Source: Lytechinus pictus (lineage: Eukaryota). From it: 60,000 bases of DNA. The stretch is taken from assembly GCF_037042905.1 (NCBI RefSeq), contig NC_087245.1, positions 7,938,001 to 7,998,000 on the forward strand, given 5' to 3'. The translations under genes were made by a program, and so were the position numbers. Each line of letters starts with the position of its first letter. Position 1 is the first letter of the stretch. Shown here piece by piece: positions 12,713 to 25,000 of this stretch. Below the pieces are notes generated by a model. It was not told where the DNA came from. It worked only from the letters and a program-made list of their open reading frames with translations, and searched no databases.

Positions 12713-13726
12713 ACGAACAGTTGGTGATTTCAGTGAGATCTGTGCGAGCTTACGTTATAGCGTTTTAGTGATTTCCAACCCCCTTATAAACAATAATTTA
12801 CCCTTATCATCCTCTGTAATTATGCATATCATATTCAACTAATGAAGCAAAGCAACCTCTTCGCTGCATTTCTCCATTAATTATCTACCAATGAAATCTT
12901 GATATTTACAGTAATTCAATAATTCATATTATCTATAATCCCAACAGATCCATTACCATGATAACCACTGAAAAAATCTTGATAGGCCTTTAACGGAAAG
13001 ATGGTAGTATAATGTAAACATTTTAAGTATATACCTACGTATACATTACCAGTGATGTGATAAATACTTACCACTGGAAAGAGGTTTTGGACACCATTCT
13101 GTCTTCGAAGGACTGAAAATTCGCTCGGTCGCTTCGCTCGCTCGTATATTGATAAACTGTAATTCATTACTTTATCTCAACAAATCCATTACAATATAGC
13201 CATCGAAAAAAAAATCATTATATGCCTTTTACTGAAAGATGGTAGTATTATATAGACGGTATATACCTCTATACATAGCTCCTTGGTGTGGGGGTGTCCC
13301 CAAAATTTTGAATTTCCAGGTCAATATAATGCTATCATCCCCTTACTGCTCGGACCGGATTTATGCCAGCTATTGTTTTCAGCCCAAAGTATCCCTCTAA
13401 TTCAATTTCTTTTCTGGATAGATCGACCCGACCTTTAAAATAGAAACAATCAGACAAATTTCATTGTGGTCTGTATAAAAAATAAGCACTTTAATAATAT
13501 TCATAATTACAATAAGAAATGTTAAAAAAAACCATATATCTATGAAATTTTATAATACACATAAGCAATTTCATACTACATAATAGATACTTTGAAATGA
13601 TACCATGCAATCAGAAAATAGCTGACTATATTAGTTCAGACCGTATGTTTTGAGCATAGTATAAAATATTTTTGATGAAATAGCCACAAAGCAGAAATTA
13701 TTTAGCCTACCATTATAAGCACATAA

Positions 13727-15058
13727 TGCTGAGTTCACATAAAAGTATACTATTCGGTATACGATGGACGTTTTCGAAGGTCACGCGAATAGCTTGAATC
13801 GAACTATAGATAGGATTACCGAAAAGCTGTTCACATTAGAGGATACTATTCGGAAATGCCGTGTAGCTCAGTATATTTATAGAATAGTGGGAATCGAACT
13901 TGTTCGATTTTCGTGCAGCGTATACCATCCAATTCTGATGTTGCAGATGGTGTGCTGTGCTGAAATAAAGCAAATTACAAATAAAATAATTTCTTGTTTC
14001 TCATTTTATTGCAATTTCATAGCATTTGCCTTAATATTCAAGTTATCCAGCACTTCGCGATTACAATGTTAAATGCCCTGCATTTTTTTAACTAAAAAAA
14101 AACAACAACAACAATATCTCATACACTTTTATGTGGGCTCCTCATTTTTCTTTCTTTTTGACCGTGAAATGTTTGAAGACACAAGATCAAAATGGTTAAC
14201 CAACCGCGCGATTTAGTTCAGCAATGTTGTTGTGTATAGTTGAGCCATATCTAATAACTTGATTACTCTTATAAGTTCGAAATAATGAGGAAAAATCAAT
14301 AAAAAGATAAATCAATAAACTAATATTATTAAAACAATTTCTTTATTATTCACTTTTGATATGAGTTCACAGAGCTTGGATGGGGGAGTAGAATTAGGCT
14401 ACCCCCACCATAAAAAAATACATCAAAGCAAAAATAGGAATAGTTGATAATATCAATTAGGCTGATTCATGCTCGAAATTTTAAAAATATTTGAAAACAG
14501 AACTACAGTATTTCCAATCACCCCCACCCCCCAAAAAAACAACAATAATAATAATGCTTCTGTGTATAAAATCATACTACTCAAATAATCTCAATCAACT
14601 AACCACATTAATAAGTCATTAATAGTTGTATTAAACAGAAGTTCAGTTTTTGCAGATAGAATTTCTCTGCTTGAAGTTTTTCCGAAACAAATTATTTTCG
14701 AATATCAATAAATTATGCAGAAAAATGTGGTAATTCATTTTCTTCTTTTTTTTAACAGGAAATTAACTTTAGGTAGAAAAAAGTGTTTTGTCATACATTT
14801 AAGTCCATTTGCATAACCCCCCCCCAAAAAAAAAATACAGAAACGATTTCACATAAACAATTAATGATAGCATTCTGTTAAATAAATTATTTTCCCTATC
14901 TTCAATGAGAGGAGAAGAGCCAAATCTTGTCCGTCTGAGGTATCCATTTTGACGGCGCCAAAAGTACATAAAAGTATAGGACATGTGTGCTATCTTATGT
15001 GACCCGCCATAGCGTATAGTGAAGAGCGAATACCGTATACTTCTATGTGAATTCAGCC
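13727..15058. mobile_element. Older diverged PIF/Harbinger deletion derivative, same family as 19223 and 20477
   Basis: TAA|TGCTGAGTTCACATAAAAGTATAC ... GTATACTTCTATGTGAATTCAGCC|TAA; body homologous to 19223-20461. Confidence 0.8.
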
Positions 15059-15493
15059 TAAGGTTATACGATCCAATTTCAATTAAGTTGTAATAGAATT
15101 TGATATGAACATTCCAGCTTATAAAATCTTAACAATCAATGTTCCGAATAGTCGTATTAAAATTGAAATTCCAGTCTATCTATTCTCCCTTTACCGGCCA
15201 AGCTACCTGGGTATAAGAAATGTAAACTTCTCAATAATTGGGGTCTCCATACCCCTTCCTGCCACCCGAAATTAATGGAATAAAGATTACAAAGGAAAAG
15301 GAATAGAAAGAAAATTAAAATAATTCATAAAGCGTTAAATATATGACCTATAAATTAAAAAATTACTATTTCATTTGTTATTTACAATCATTGTTCCTTC
15401 TATTATAAAATGATCAGCATCATAATTTTCGTAACTATTAATTACTATTACTTATACTGATATTAAACTACTGCAATTACCATTAATATCGTA

Positions 15494-15753
15494 CACTGTA
15501 AAAATATATTGGGTAAATTTTCTACCACCATGAGGGCAATTATGTGTCTAACCAATTTGGGGCAGTATTTTACCTAATGCGGGAAGCATATTGTCCAGTA
15601 AGGTTAAACAAGATAAACATAAGCAGCAATTGCTTTAGAATGGGCAAAATTTTCATCACACTGGATAGATAAAAATGCCCAAAAGAAATGACCAATGTTG
15701 GTTGGACACATAATTACCCACATGGGGCACTTTTACCCAATATTTTTAGAGTG
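15494..15753. mobile_element. CACT...AGTG MITE flanked by TA
   Basis: TA|CACTGTAAAAATATATTGGGTAAA ... TTTACCCAATATTTTTAGAGTG|TA; reverse copy at 33512-33759. Confidence 0.75.
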
Positions 15754-16055
15754 TATATTCTGGTATCATCAGTAGCAACTCCATTCCGAATTATCACTAA
15801 TTTTCTCAGTCGTCACCATTATTAGTATAAGTATTATCAATGATATAGACGTCAACAAAAATTGATTAACACTGATGTATAATTTCGTCAAAAGCTAAAC
15901 TAAAGGTATACTGCATAATTACACTTAAATGATTACAATTAATCATGACTGTGTATATACTCAGAACCCATATGCGTATTCCATGTATTCGGATTCAGTG
16001 ACGGCTTTGGCATGGTGAAAATTTAGATTTCAAGAAGAGCGTGACAGTAATACAA

Positions 16056-16168
16056 CTTATATAAGTCATTAATTATTGTATAACCTCTCAGACCCACGGC
16101 CCTAGAGCAACATCTTATATAAGTCATTAATTATTGTATAACCTCTCAAACCCATGGCCCTAGAGCAA
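16056..16168. repeat. Tandem duplication with 58-bp period
   Basis: CTTATATAAGTCATTAATTATTGTATAACCTCTCA...GGCCCTAGAGCAA occurs twice. Confidence 0.85.
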
Positions 16169-16859
16169 TTGAATGATAGTCGATTTTTTTTTTTGGGGGG
16201 GGCGGGGGCATGGCAGCAGCTAAGTTAAAGATTGCCAAAATGCACGTGTTGTTGTAGAACAGTAAAGAAAACATATAACAATATAAGGATTATACTAGAC
16301 TCATCGCATTCTAGTCAATTTTCCACCCATTTGAAAATATGTACACCAAAGAATAAATACTATTTTCCGATAGCCTAGGAATACAAACATATATGTTGTG
16401 ATTCGTTGGGTCTTTAACATACATAGGTATAACATTATCTTATCAAATTGCTTTACAATAAATTTTCATGCTGTTTTATACATTACTTTACAGTAATAAA
16501 TTTAAGATGGTATGATTCCCGTATTCATGGTTGTATACCATAATCTTGTGCGTGGAAATAAAGACAACTCTTATATATATAGTTTGATAATTCAAACATC
16601 TCTACGTCTGAGACAGAATGAAAACTGTACAGATATATATAAGTATATAAGTGCAGGCGCTAAAATAAAACCAATACAGTATGAACAATAACAGTTAGAA
16701 CAAAGATAAGCAACAACAGTAACAACAACAACAAATAATAATAATAATGATAATCATGATTATAAAACTAACAGAAACATCAACATTAACAACAAGGAAG
16801 GTAATAATAAACTGTTATAGCCTGTACCTACCCTCAGTACATATATCAGTTCATACGTA

Positions 16860-17718
16860 GGGAAAGGCGGGGTAAGTTGAGCATAGGGGCAAGTTGAGCC
16901 ACCACCCCCAGGCCAATAATGAATGAGTCAGACATTGTGGTGGTGTCATGCATGGATGACCCATTACATAACCCTTAATCCCACCACATTGTTTTCAACT
17001 TTGAAACAAAAATTAATTTTTTAGAGGGAAAAATATGAATTTCATCCAAAAAAGTAAAAAAGGGTGTGAAATAGATCAGTGCTTTTTACCCGCACACGTC
17101 TTTAAATATAATAAAGAAATAAGAACAATATTGATAGTCCAGGTATGGATTCTCATTCTTGTCATAGTCTTTTACATGATGGATGCATAAGAAATGTGTG
17201 GATGTGAAAATACCGCATTAAGTTCGGACTGGGGTAATTTGTGCCAGCCAACATGGGGCAAGTTGAGCCATGGTAATTCTTATGGTAATGTATAAAAAAC
17301 AAAAAACAAACCTTAAAAAGCCATTGATATGCAGGCAGAAAGGAGAAATTCACATGACAGTTCTTTTACTTTTAGAGGATGTTAGTATTTATAGAGAATT
17401 AGCAAGTGAAAAGACTTTAAATAAAAATTGACATGCTGGTTCTTTCTGCATACATTTTGTACATAGTTTTTGTGGCTCAACTTACCCCAGAAGGTGGCAC
17501 AACTTACCCCATAGATGGGGGCAAGTTGAGCCATTTGACATCGTTTTTTTCAAAGGTCACTGTGACTTTCAGTGTGGGGGTAGAAAGTTATATATACGTG
17601 AAAAATATTTCCCAAGAATCAAATTTAAAGGCAAGGTACTTAATACTACAATATTATTAGTCATATCAATTCTAGCATGCAAAATGCAAAAAGTGTCACA
17701 ATTTACCCCGCCTTCCCC
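16860..17718. mobile_element. Tc1/mariner (pogo-like) MITE
   Basis: TA|GGGAAAGGCGGGGTAAGTTG ... ATTTACCCCGCCTTCCCC|TA; subterminal GGGGCAAGTTGAGCCA repeats. Confidence 0.75.
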
Positions 17719-18624
17719 TATATGTAATTTACTTAAATGATGCAGAAGAAGATAATTAAAAAAAAAAATTTCTAGCAGCTATTGGAAGGGTTTGAAACCA
17801 TTATATCGATCATACATAGAATGACTTGCTCCCTTTCGTCAATACTTGATTTTCAAATGTCCTCCTCGTATCTATTCAGCCTTTATCCATTGCAATTTAA
17901 TAACAGCGAACTATTGTTATATTCAATTTAAAATGTACATGGTGCTATTCATACCTAATGTTTTTTTTATCATATCTTATTCCTTATCTTTAATTTGACT
18001 TCACATAATATGAGTAGTAAATGTGCTTTAATTTGATTATCATGGTGATTTTATTTTGTTTCTTTTTCTGGAGGACGAAAATGAAGGGCAACTATTTTGT
18101 ACAACGAGTACCCTGTTCAACATTTTCAATGAATATATACGATAAATAAAAATTACCTCATACATGTATTATTTTATTCATTATTTAATTGAATTTGTTT
18201 TACATCATGGTCCTGATACAACAGGTTTTTTTTTTAATAATATAAAAATGATATCATCAGTTATATATAAATAAACAACATTGCAATAACTATTTTATGT
18301 AACAAAATTACAATTGGAAATCCATGATAGAAAATGCAAGGAAACAATATATTACCATCACTACAATTTTATTTTTACATTACAAAGATTGATTTCAAAT
18401 TCATGTGAAGTATACAAATCAATAATATAATACAAAACAAAACAAACAACATATTAGCATCATTGCTCTGATTATAACTTGCTGAACAAAATATATCGTT
18501 ATCACTATTTCAGTATTTAATCTCAACAGGATTCGAAGACACAGTATACCTTATTTGTATGTCTTAATGACTAATTTTCCTTTTTTGTTTTATTTGTTGC
18601 CAACTAAGCAACGATTGCATGTGA

Positions 18625-18747
18625 TGACAGCCGGCTTGACAATACAATTTTTTTACTCCAATGCGTCGAGCACCTGATAGGAGGCAGAATGTCTCATTTT
18701 TTGACAGTCTTGGGTATGACTCGACAGGGGATCGAACCCACCTCCTG
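18625..18747 (-). mobile_element. tRNA-derived SINE fragment
   Basis: Reverse strand has box B GGTTCGATCCC followed by GAGTCATACCCAAGACT. Confidence 0.5.
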
Positions 18748-18802
18748 TTCATTTTGGTGGGCAATGTAACACTGAACCAGTCATATCAGGTTCATGAAAC
18801 CC

Positions 18803-18852
<50 letters not shown>

Positions 18853-18963
18853 GGGTTAATAGAAAGATGTCATACAACTCGTTGACACGGTTGACAATAA
18901 AATTTATATGCTTTAAATTTCTTGTTTACCATTTCAGTTCAAGATTGGTGGAGCCCAGGTGGA

Positions 18964-19047
18964 CTAGAGATGTCCGACATAATATGTATCTCGAAGCGGT
19001 ATTCCATTCTTAGTCGGTCGACTTCCATTCTGCATTGGCTCGTGGTT
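18964..19047 (-). CDS. Host gene terminal coding exon (NHEPMQNGSRPTKNGIPLRDTYYVGHL*)
   Basis: Acceptor ttccctttgttactgcag, phase 0, ends in TAG. Confidence 0.6.
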   Translation of the reverse strand, partial: NHEPMQNGSRPTKNGIPLRDTYYVGHL

Positions 19048-22000
19048 CTGCAGTAACAAAGGGAATATTAAGGCATTCGAATGAAATATTGATCATTCAA
19101 TGAAATACATTTAAGTTAGGCGACTTCATGAAAATGGAATAGAGAATAAAACAGTAATGACATGTTGAATTTGTGGCAAATTTCTTAGAGCAATTGCATA
19201 TGAGGGAGCACTTGATCCCTTAGGCTGGGTTCACATAGAAGTATACTATTCGGGTATACGGTGCACGTTTTCGAGGGCACGCGAATAGCTTGAATCGAAC
19301 AATAGGATTTCCTAATACCGGGTCACATGAGAGGGCACTATACGAAAATGCCGTATAGCTGCGTATAGCTGCGTATAGTATAGTATAGTGGGAATCGTAC
19401 TTGTTCGATTTTCGTGCAGCGTATACAGACGTGGCAGGTGGTGTTCTGAATTTCCCTATAATATATACTGTGTGCGTTGGTTAAATGAGGTAAGTTCAAA
19501 TGAAATGATTTTTTGGTACTCATTTTATTGGAATTTCTTAGCACATGCCGTCATTTTTAAGTTATCCAGCACTTCAGAGTTTATCTCATGCACATGCTGT
19601 ATGATTTATGTGGGCTCTGCATTTTTCGTTCTGTCTTTTTTTACCTTGAAATGACTGAAGATACAAGGTCAAAAAGGTCCGCAGCGAAGGCTACTTGAGC
19701 TATGTTGTTGTGTATCGCTGAGTCATGTTTAATTAATTACTTAATTATTCTTATAATAAGTCGATAATAATGTGGAAATAGATTTAAATCAAGAAAATAT
19801 TGTTTATAAAATGATGCATTTATTATTTCACTTTTGCTATGATTTCACAGAGCTGGGATGGGGGAGAAGAATCAAGCTCCCCCCTAAAAATGACGTCATC
19901 AAAGCAAAAATAGGAATGATTGATAAAATCAATTAGGCTGATACAGGTTTGAAATCTTAAAATATAAATTTGGAAACATAATTACAGTATTTCCAATAAC
20001 ATTCCTCAACCCCCCCCCCCCCTCCCCCAAAAATAAAATTTTAGTTTTTAGTGTGTAAAATCATATGGCTCAAATAAGCCCATCTCGACGGACTGGCTGA
20101 ACTAACCCCATTAAAAAAAATCATTAAAATTTGTATTAAATAGAAGTTTAATAATTTGCAGAGGTGACTTCTCTGCTTGAAGTTAGTCCAAAACAAGCTT
20201 ATTTTCGAATCTTAGTAAGTTATGTAGAAAAAATATGATTTCTTTTTTTTTTTTTTCAGAAATTAACTTCATATGTACCTCCTCAGCCTCGGCCAGTAGG
20301 AGAAGAGCCAAATCTTCTTCGTCTGAAGTATCCATTTTGAATATTAAAGTAGGACACGCGTGCTACCTTTATGTGACCCGCCATGCCTGTATAGCATATA
20401 GCGAATAATGAATAGCGAATAGAGAATACCGTATACCGTATACTTCTATGTGAACCCAGCCTTAGGCTGGGTTCAAGGCTGGGTTCACATAGAAGTATAC
20501 GGTATACGGTATTCTCTATTCGCTATTCGCTATACGCTATACGGGCATGGCGGGTCACATAAAGGTAGCACGCGTGTCCTACTTTAATATTCAAAATGGA
20601 TACTAGTACTTCAGACGAAGAAGATTTGGCTCTTCTCCTACTGGCCGAGGAGGTACATATAAAGAAAAGAAGAACGGTATGGGTACGACAACACTTCCAA
20701 ATGCGACCTGTGTTGGGGGAGTTCCACACAACATTTCAAAACCTGATAGATCACCCTGATGAGAAGGTGTTTTTTAACTTTGGAAATATTGTAGTTATGT
20801 TTCCAAATTTATATTTTAAGATTTCAAACCTGTATCAGCCTAATTGATTTTATCAATCATTCCTATTTTTGCTTTGATGACGTCATTTTTAGGGGGGGGG
20901 GGAGCTTGATTCTACTCCCCCATCCCAGCTCTGTGAAATCATAGCAAAAGTGAAATAATAAATACATCATTTTATAAACAATATTTTCTTGAATGAAATC
21001 TATTTCCAAATTATTATCGACTTATTTTAAGAATAATTAAGTAATTAATTAAACATGACTCAGCGATACACAACAACATAGCTCAAGTAGCCTTCGCTGC
21101 GGACCTTTTTGACCTTGTATCTTCAGTCATTTCAAGGTAAAAAAAGACAGAACGAAAAATGCAGAGCCCACATAAATCATACAGCATGTGCTTGAGATAA
21201 ACTCTGAAGTGCTTGATAACTTGAATATGACGGCATGTTCTAAGAAATTCCAATAAAATGAGTACCAAGAAATCATTTCATTTGAACTTACCTCATTTAA
21301 CCAACGCACACAGTAAATATTATAGGGAAATTCAGAACACCACCTGCCACGTCTGTATACGCTGCACGAAAATCGAACAAGTACGATTCCCACTATACTA
21401 TACTACACGCAGCTATACGCAGCTATACGGCATTTTCGTATAGTGCCCTCTCATGTGACCCGGTATTAGGAAATCCTATTGTTCGATTCAAGCTATTCGC
21501 GTGCCCTCGAAAACGTGCACCGTATACCCGAATAGTATACGTCTATGTGAACCCAGCCTTATAGGCATGTTGCTGCTGCTGCCGGTGCTGCTGACGACGA
21601 CCACGATAATAACATAGCAAAGATCACAAGTATACGAGGTGTTTCAATTTCTTTCTTACAACTTGGTCAATGTTGGATTCCTCCCTGTACACTTTTTGAA
21701 TTGTTTTTTTTTTGTCATAACTGTCATGATGTTTCCTATTGTTGGTTACGTGCTTTGCATTCCAAGTATGCAAATCAGTGGGAGAGGCGGGAATGTTAAA
21801 CTGTGTGCAGTCATGTAAGAGTCGTTTGAATCATTGACCGTTTTCAGCACGCAGCGGACAAGTCACGCTTCTAAATCCTCCTCGTTGGACCTATGTTTTA
21901 TTGTAACCTTTTCTAGCTTGTATAGCTGTAATTGTACAATAGGTAAGAGCCATATTATGGCGGAATCCTCCGACAAATTTGTTTTGGGATCATTACCATC

Positions 22001-25000
22001 CTCTGTCAGAAAGCCTGATAATAACTTATCGCCTAATGTGGACTCAGTCCCAGGAACTAACAATTCGGTAAATCCTAACCCACAAGCATGACAAGGGCAA
22101 CAGTTTCAAATCATCAGCGCCGATAATATATCGGCCATTATAAAAGAGGCTGTGGGTGGATTTAAGGATTACGTTGATCAAGCCATAGCTTTAAAAAAGA
22201 AGCTACCTCTAAAGTGATTGAATCAGTAAAAGTGAATGTCAAATTCAAAGGTAATAAGCTTCAATTTGAATTTAACAATTCCCAACTTGAGCGTGTCCAA
22301 ACCGCGACGAAGGCATTCAAGAAGGGAGATACTGCTTCCGCGATTTTAGAGCTTCAGAAAGTAGAAGATGATATCCTCAAGCGCAACAAGCTCAATAGGA
22401 TTGCAGACAAGTCTGAAGATGGTTGGAAGGTGGTTGATGAGTACTTATCAGAGGAACTCGCAAGTGATTCCGATGACGACAAGAAAATCAGAGCTGCTGA
22501 AAACAGAGCAGCTTCAATCGAAGGCTAAGATTAACAGGTCCAAGGCTACACCCTACAAATCCCAACGTCGGCCTCAGGAAACTTTCCCTAATCCTGATGC
22601 TACTTTTCGTAGCTATATGCAACAAGGTCGACCTCAATTTAACCAGGTTCATACATCAAGACCATTCGACTTATGTTTCGGTTGCGGCAAGTCGGGACAT
22701 TGGAGGAGGAATTGCCCGAATAGCAAACCCACCAAAGAAGGCACAGGCCTCTAAAGATACCGGATTCGGTAAGCATAATTTTGACAATTATAGACATGTT
22801 TGAAGCATTCCTCTGGATATAATGCTATAGCATTAGTGTGAGTACGTGGTACCAATGGGGTGAAGTTAATTGTTTGAATGTCGTGGGTCGAGTCGGAATC
22901 TGACAGATAATCATATGGTAAAACATATCTTTCACTTTAAAATGATTTATTGAATAGACCTTAAGATGTCAAATTCTACTGAGAAATACTGTCACGTTGT
23001 ACGGGTCTTATAGAAATCCTAAAAATTGTCACTCTTATAAGAATCAAACACATGCATGCAATTAACACAATATCTTTGCTTTCATTGGATATCAGTATGT
23101 TTGCTTGGATTCTTGTTTTTCAGCATTACCTGAATTAAGCGAAAGAGTCGAAAGAGATCTGGAATCGGAGAGGGGAGAGATGAATCGGTACGAAATAGAA
23201 GATTACAGAATCAACTATTTTGAATACGAACAAGGTAGAGCTGAACCCATTGTTAGAGAAAGAATGAAAGCCAACGTTGACTTCTGGAAATTAATAGGAG
23301 CCACTGAAGAAGTAGTGAAAATGATTCAATTTGGTTATAAGATACCCTTTCTTGAGACACCCCCTCCAAAAGTGTTTCAAAATAACAAATCAGCCCTTGA
23401 GCATACAGACTTCGTTTCTGAAGCTGTTCTTGAACTATTGAATAAAGATTTGATTTCCGAAGTGAGTTCCGTACCAGAATACGTCAATCCTTTTACAGTT
23501 TCTGTTCAAAATTCTGGCAAGAAGCGCCTTATCTTAGATTTAAGATATATTACTCAATACGTTTGGAAACAAAAGGTATGCTTTGAAGATTGGAATATAG
23601 CACTGGAATACTTTCAAAAGGGTGACTACATGGTTTCCTTTGACCTTAAGTCGGGTTATCATCACATATTGATATATTTGAATAACATTGTAAGTATTTA
23701 TGCTTCAGCTGGAACTTCAACGGAATTATTAGATATTTCTCTTTTAAGGTACTTCCTTTTGGATTGTCCTCTGCTCCATATCAATCAGACCTCTTGTCAA
23801 GCACTGGAGGAATAAACATGTATTTGTAGTTGTATTTCTAGATGATGGATGGATTAGAGCATCCTCTTTTCAAGAATGTGAAAAAATTGCCACAGCAGTC
23901 AGAAATGACTTGTTGAATGCGGGTTTAGTGCCTAACGTAGAGAAGTCAGTATGGATACCTACTCAGAAAATTGATTGGCTTGGTTTAACGTGGGATTCCA
24001 AAAGTGGCACTTCACATGCATCAGACCGTAGAATTGTTAATATTTTGGATTTCATACACGATATGATCACAGAATTACCACAAACTACCGCTAGAAAATT
24101 AGCGGCTTTTATAGGTAAAATCATTTCCTTGCTACCTGTAACTGGGCAGATCGTACAGTTGACAATTGCTGTTGCCTCATGCAAACACTGGGACAAAGAA
24201 ATTAATCTATCCACACGAAATGATATCATAAAAGAACTGTTCTTCTGGAGAGATAATGTGAAGTATTTAAATGTACAAAATATCTTGCATTATTCTATAC
24301 CACAGATACTTGTCTTCTCAGACGCCAGCCACATCGGGTGTGGAGCTTGGTCAGCAGAGTGTGGCGGACTCAAATTCCAACACATCTGGTCAGAAGAAGA
24401 GCAAGGTAAAAGTTCCACTTGGAGAGAACTTAAAGGTGTTGCACTGGCAGTACATGCATTTGGAAAGAGTATAAGAAACCAAACAGTAAAGATATTCACC
24501 GATAATACTGGAGTAGAGAAGATCATAAAGAAGGGCAGTATGAAAAATGATCTCCATCAGCTGAGTATTGAGTTAGCAGATTACTGTAGTCAAATGAATA
24601 TAGTAATGGAGGTACTGTGGATACCGAGAAATCAAAATCAAGAGGCAGATGCCTTGAGCAGAGAAATAGATTTTGATGATTGGGGTGTTTCAGAAACCTT
24701 TTTCTCTTTTATGGATAAACTTTGGGGACCACACACAGTTGATAGATTTGCAGACGACCACAACGCTAAGATTCCGAATTTCAATTCCAAATTTGCATCC
24801 CCTAAGACTAATCAAGTAGATGCATTTTCAGTGTCCTGGGAACATCACAATAATTGGTTAGTTCCCCCAATCAAATTGGTACCAAAAGCTATCAGACACA
24901 CTAAAGCAAGCAGAACAGTAGCTACTCTTGTGGTTCCTAGTTGGCCTTCTGCACCCTTTTGGCCTTTACTTTTCTCCAGAAATAGCATTTTTTCAAGCAT

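Noticed and set aside
19338..19654. Duplicated ORFs mirrored at 21083-21443 as host genes
   Set aside because: They lie in the Harbinger arms and have no recognisable domain
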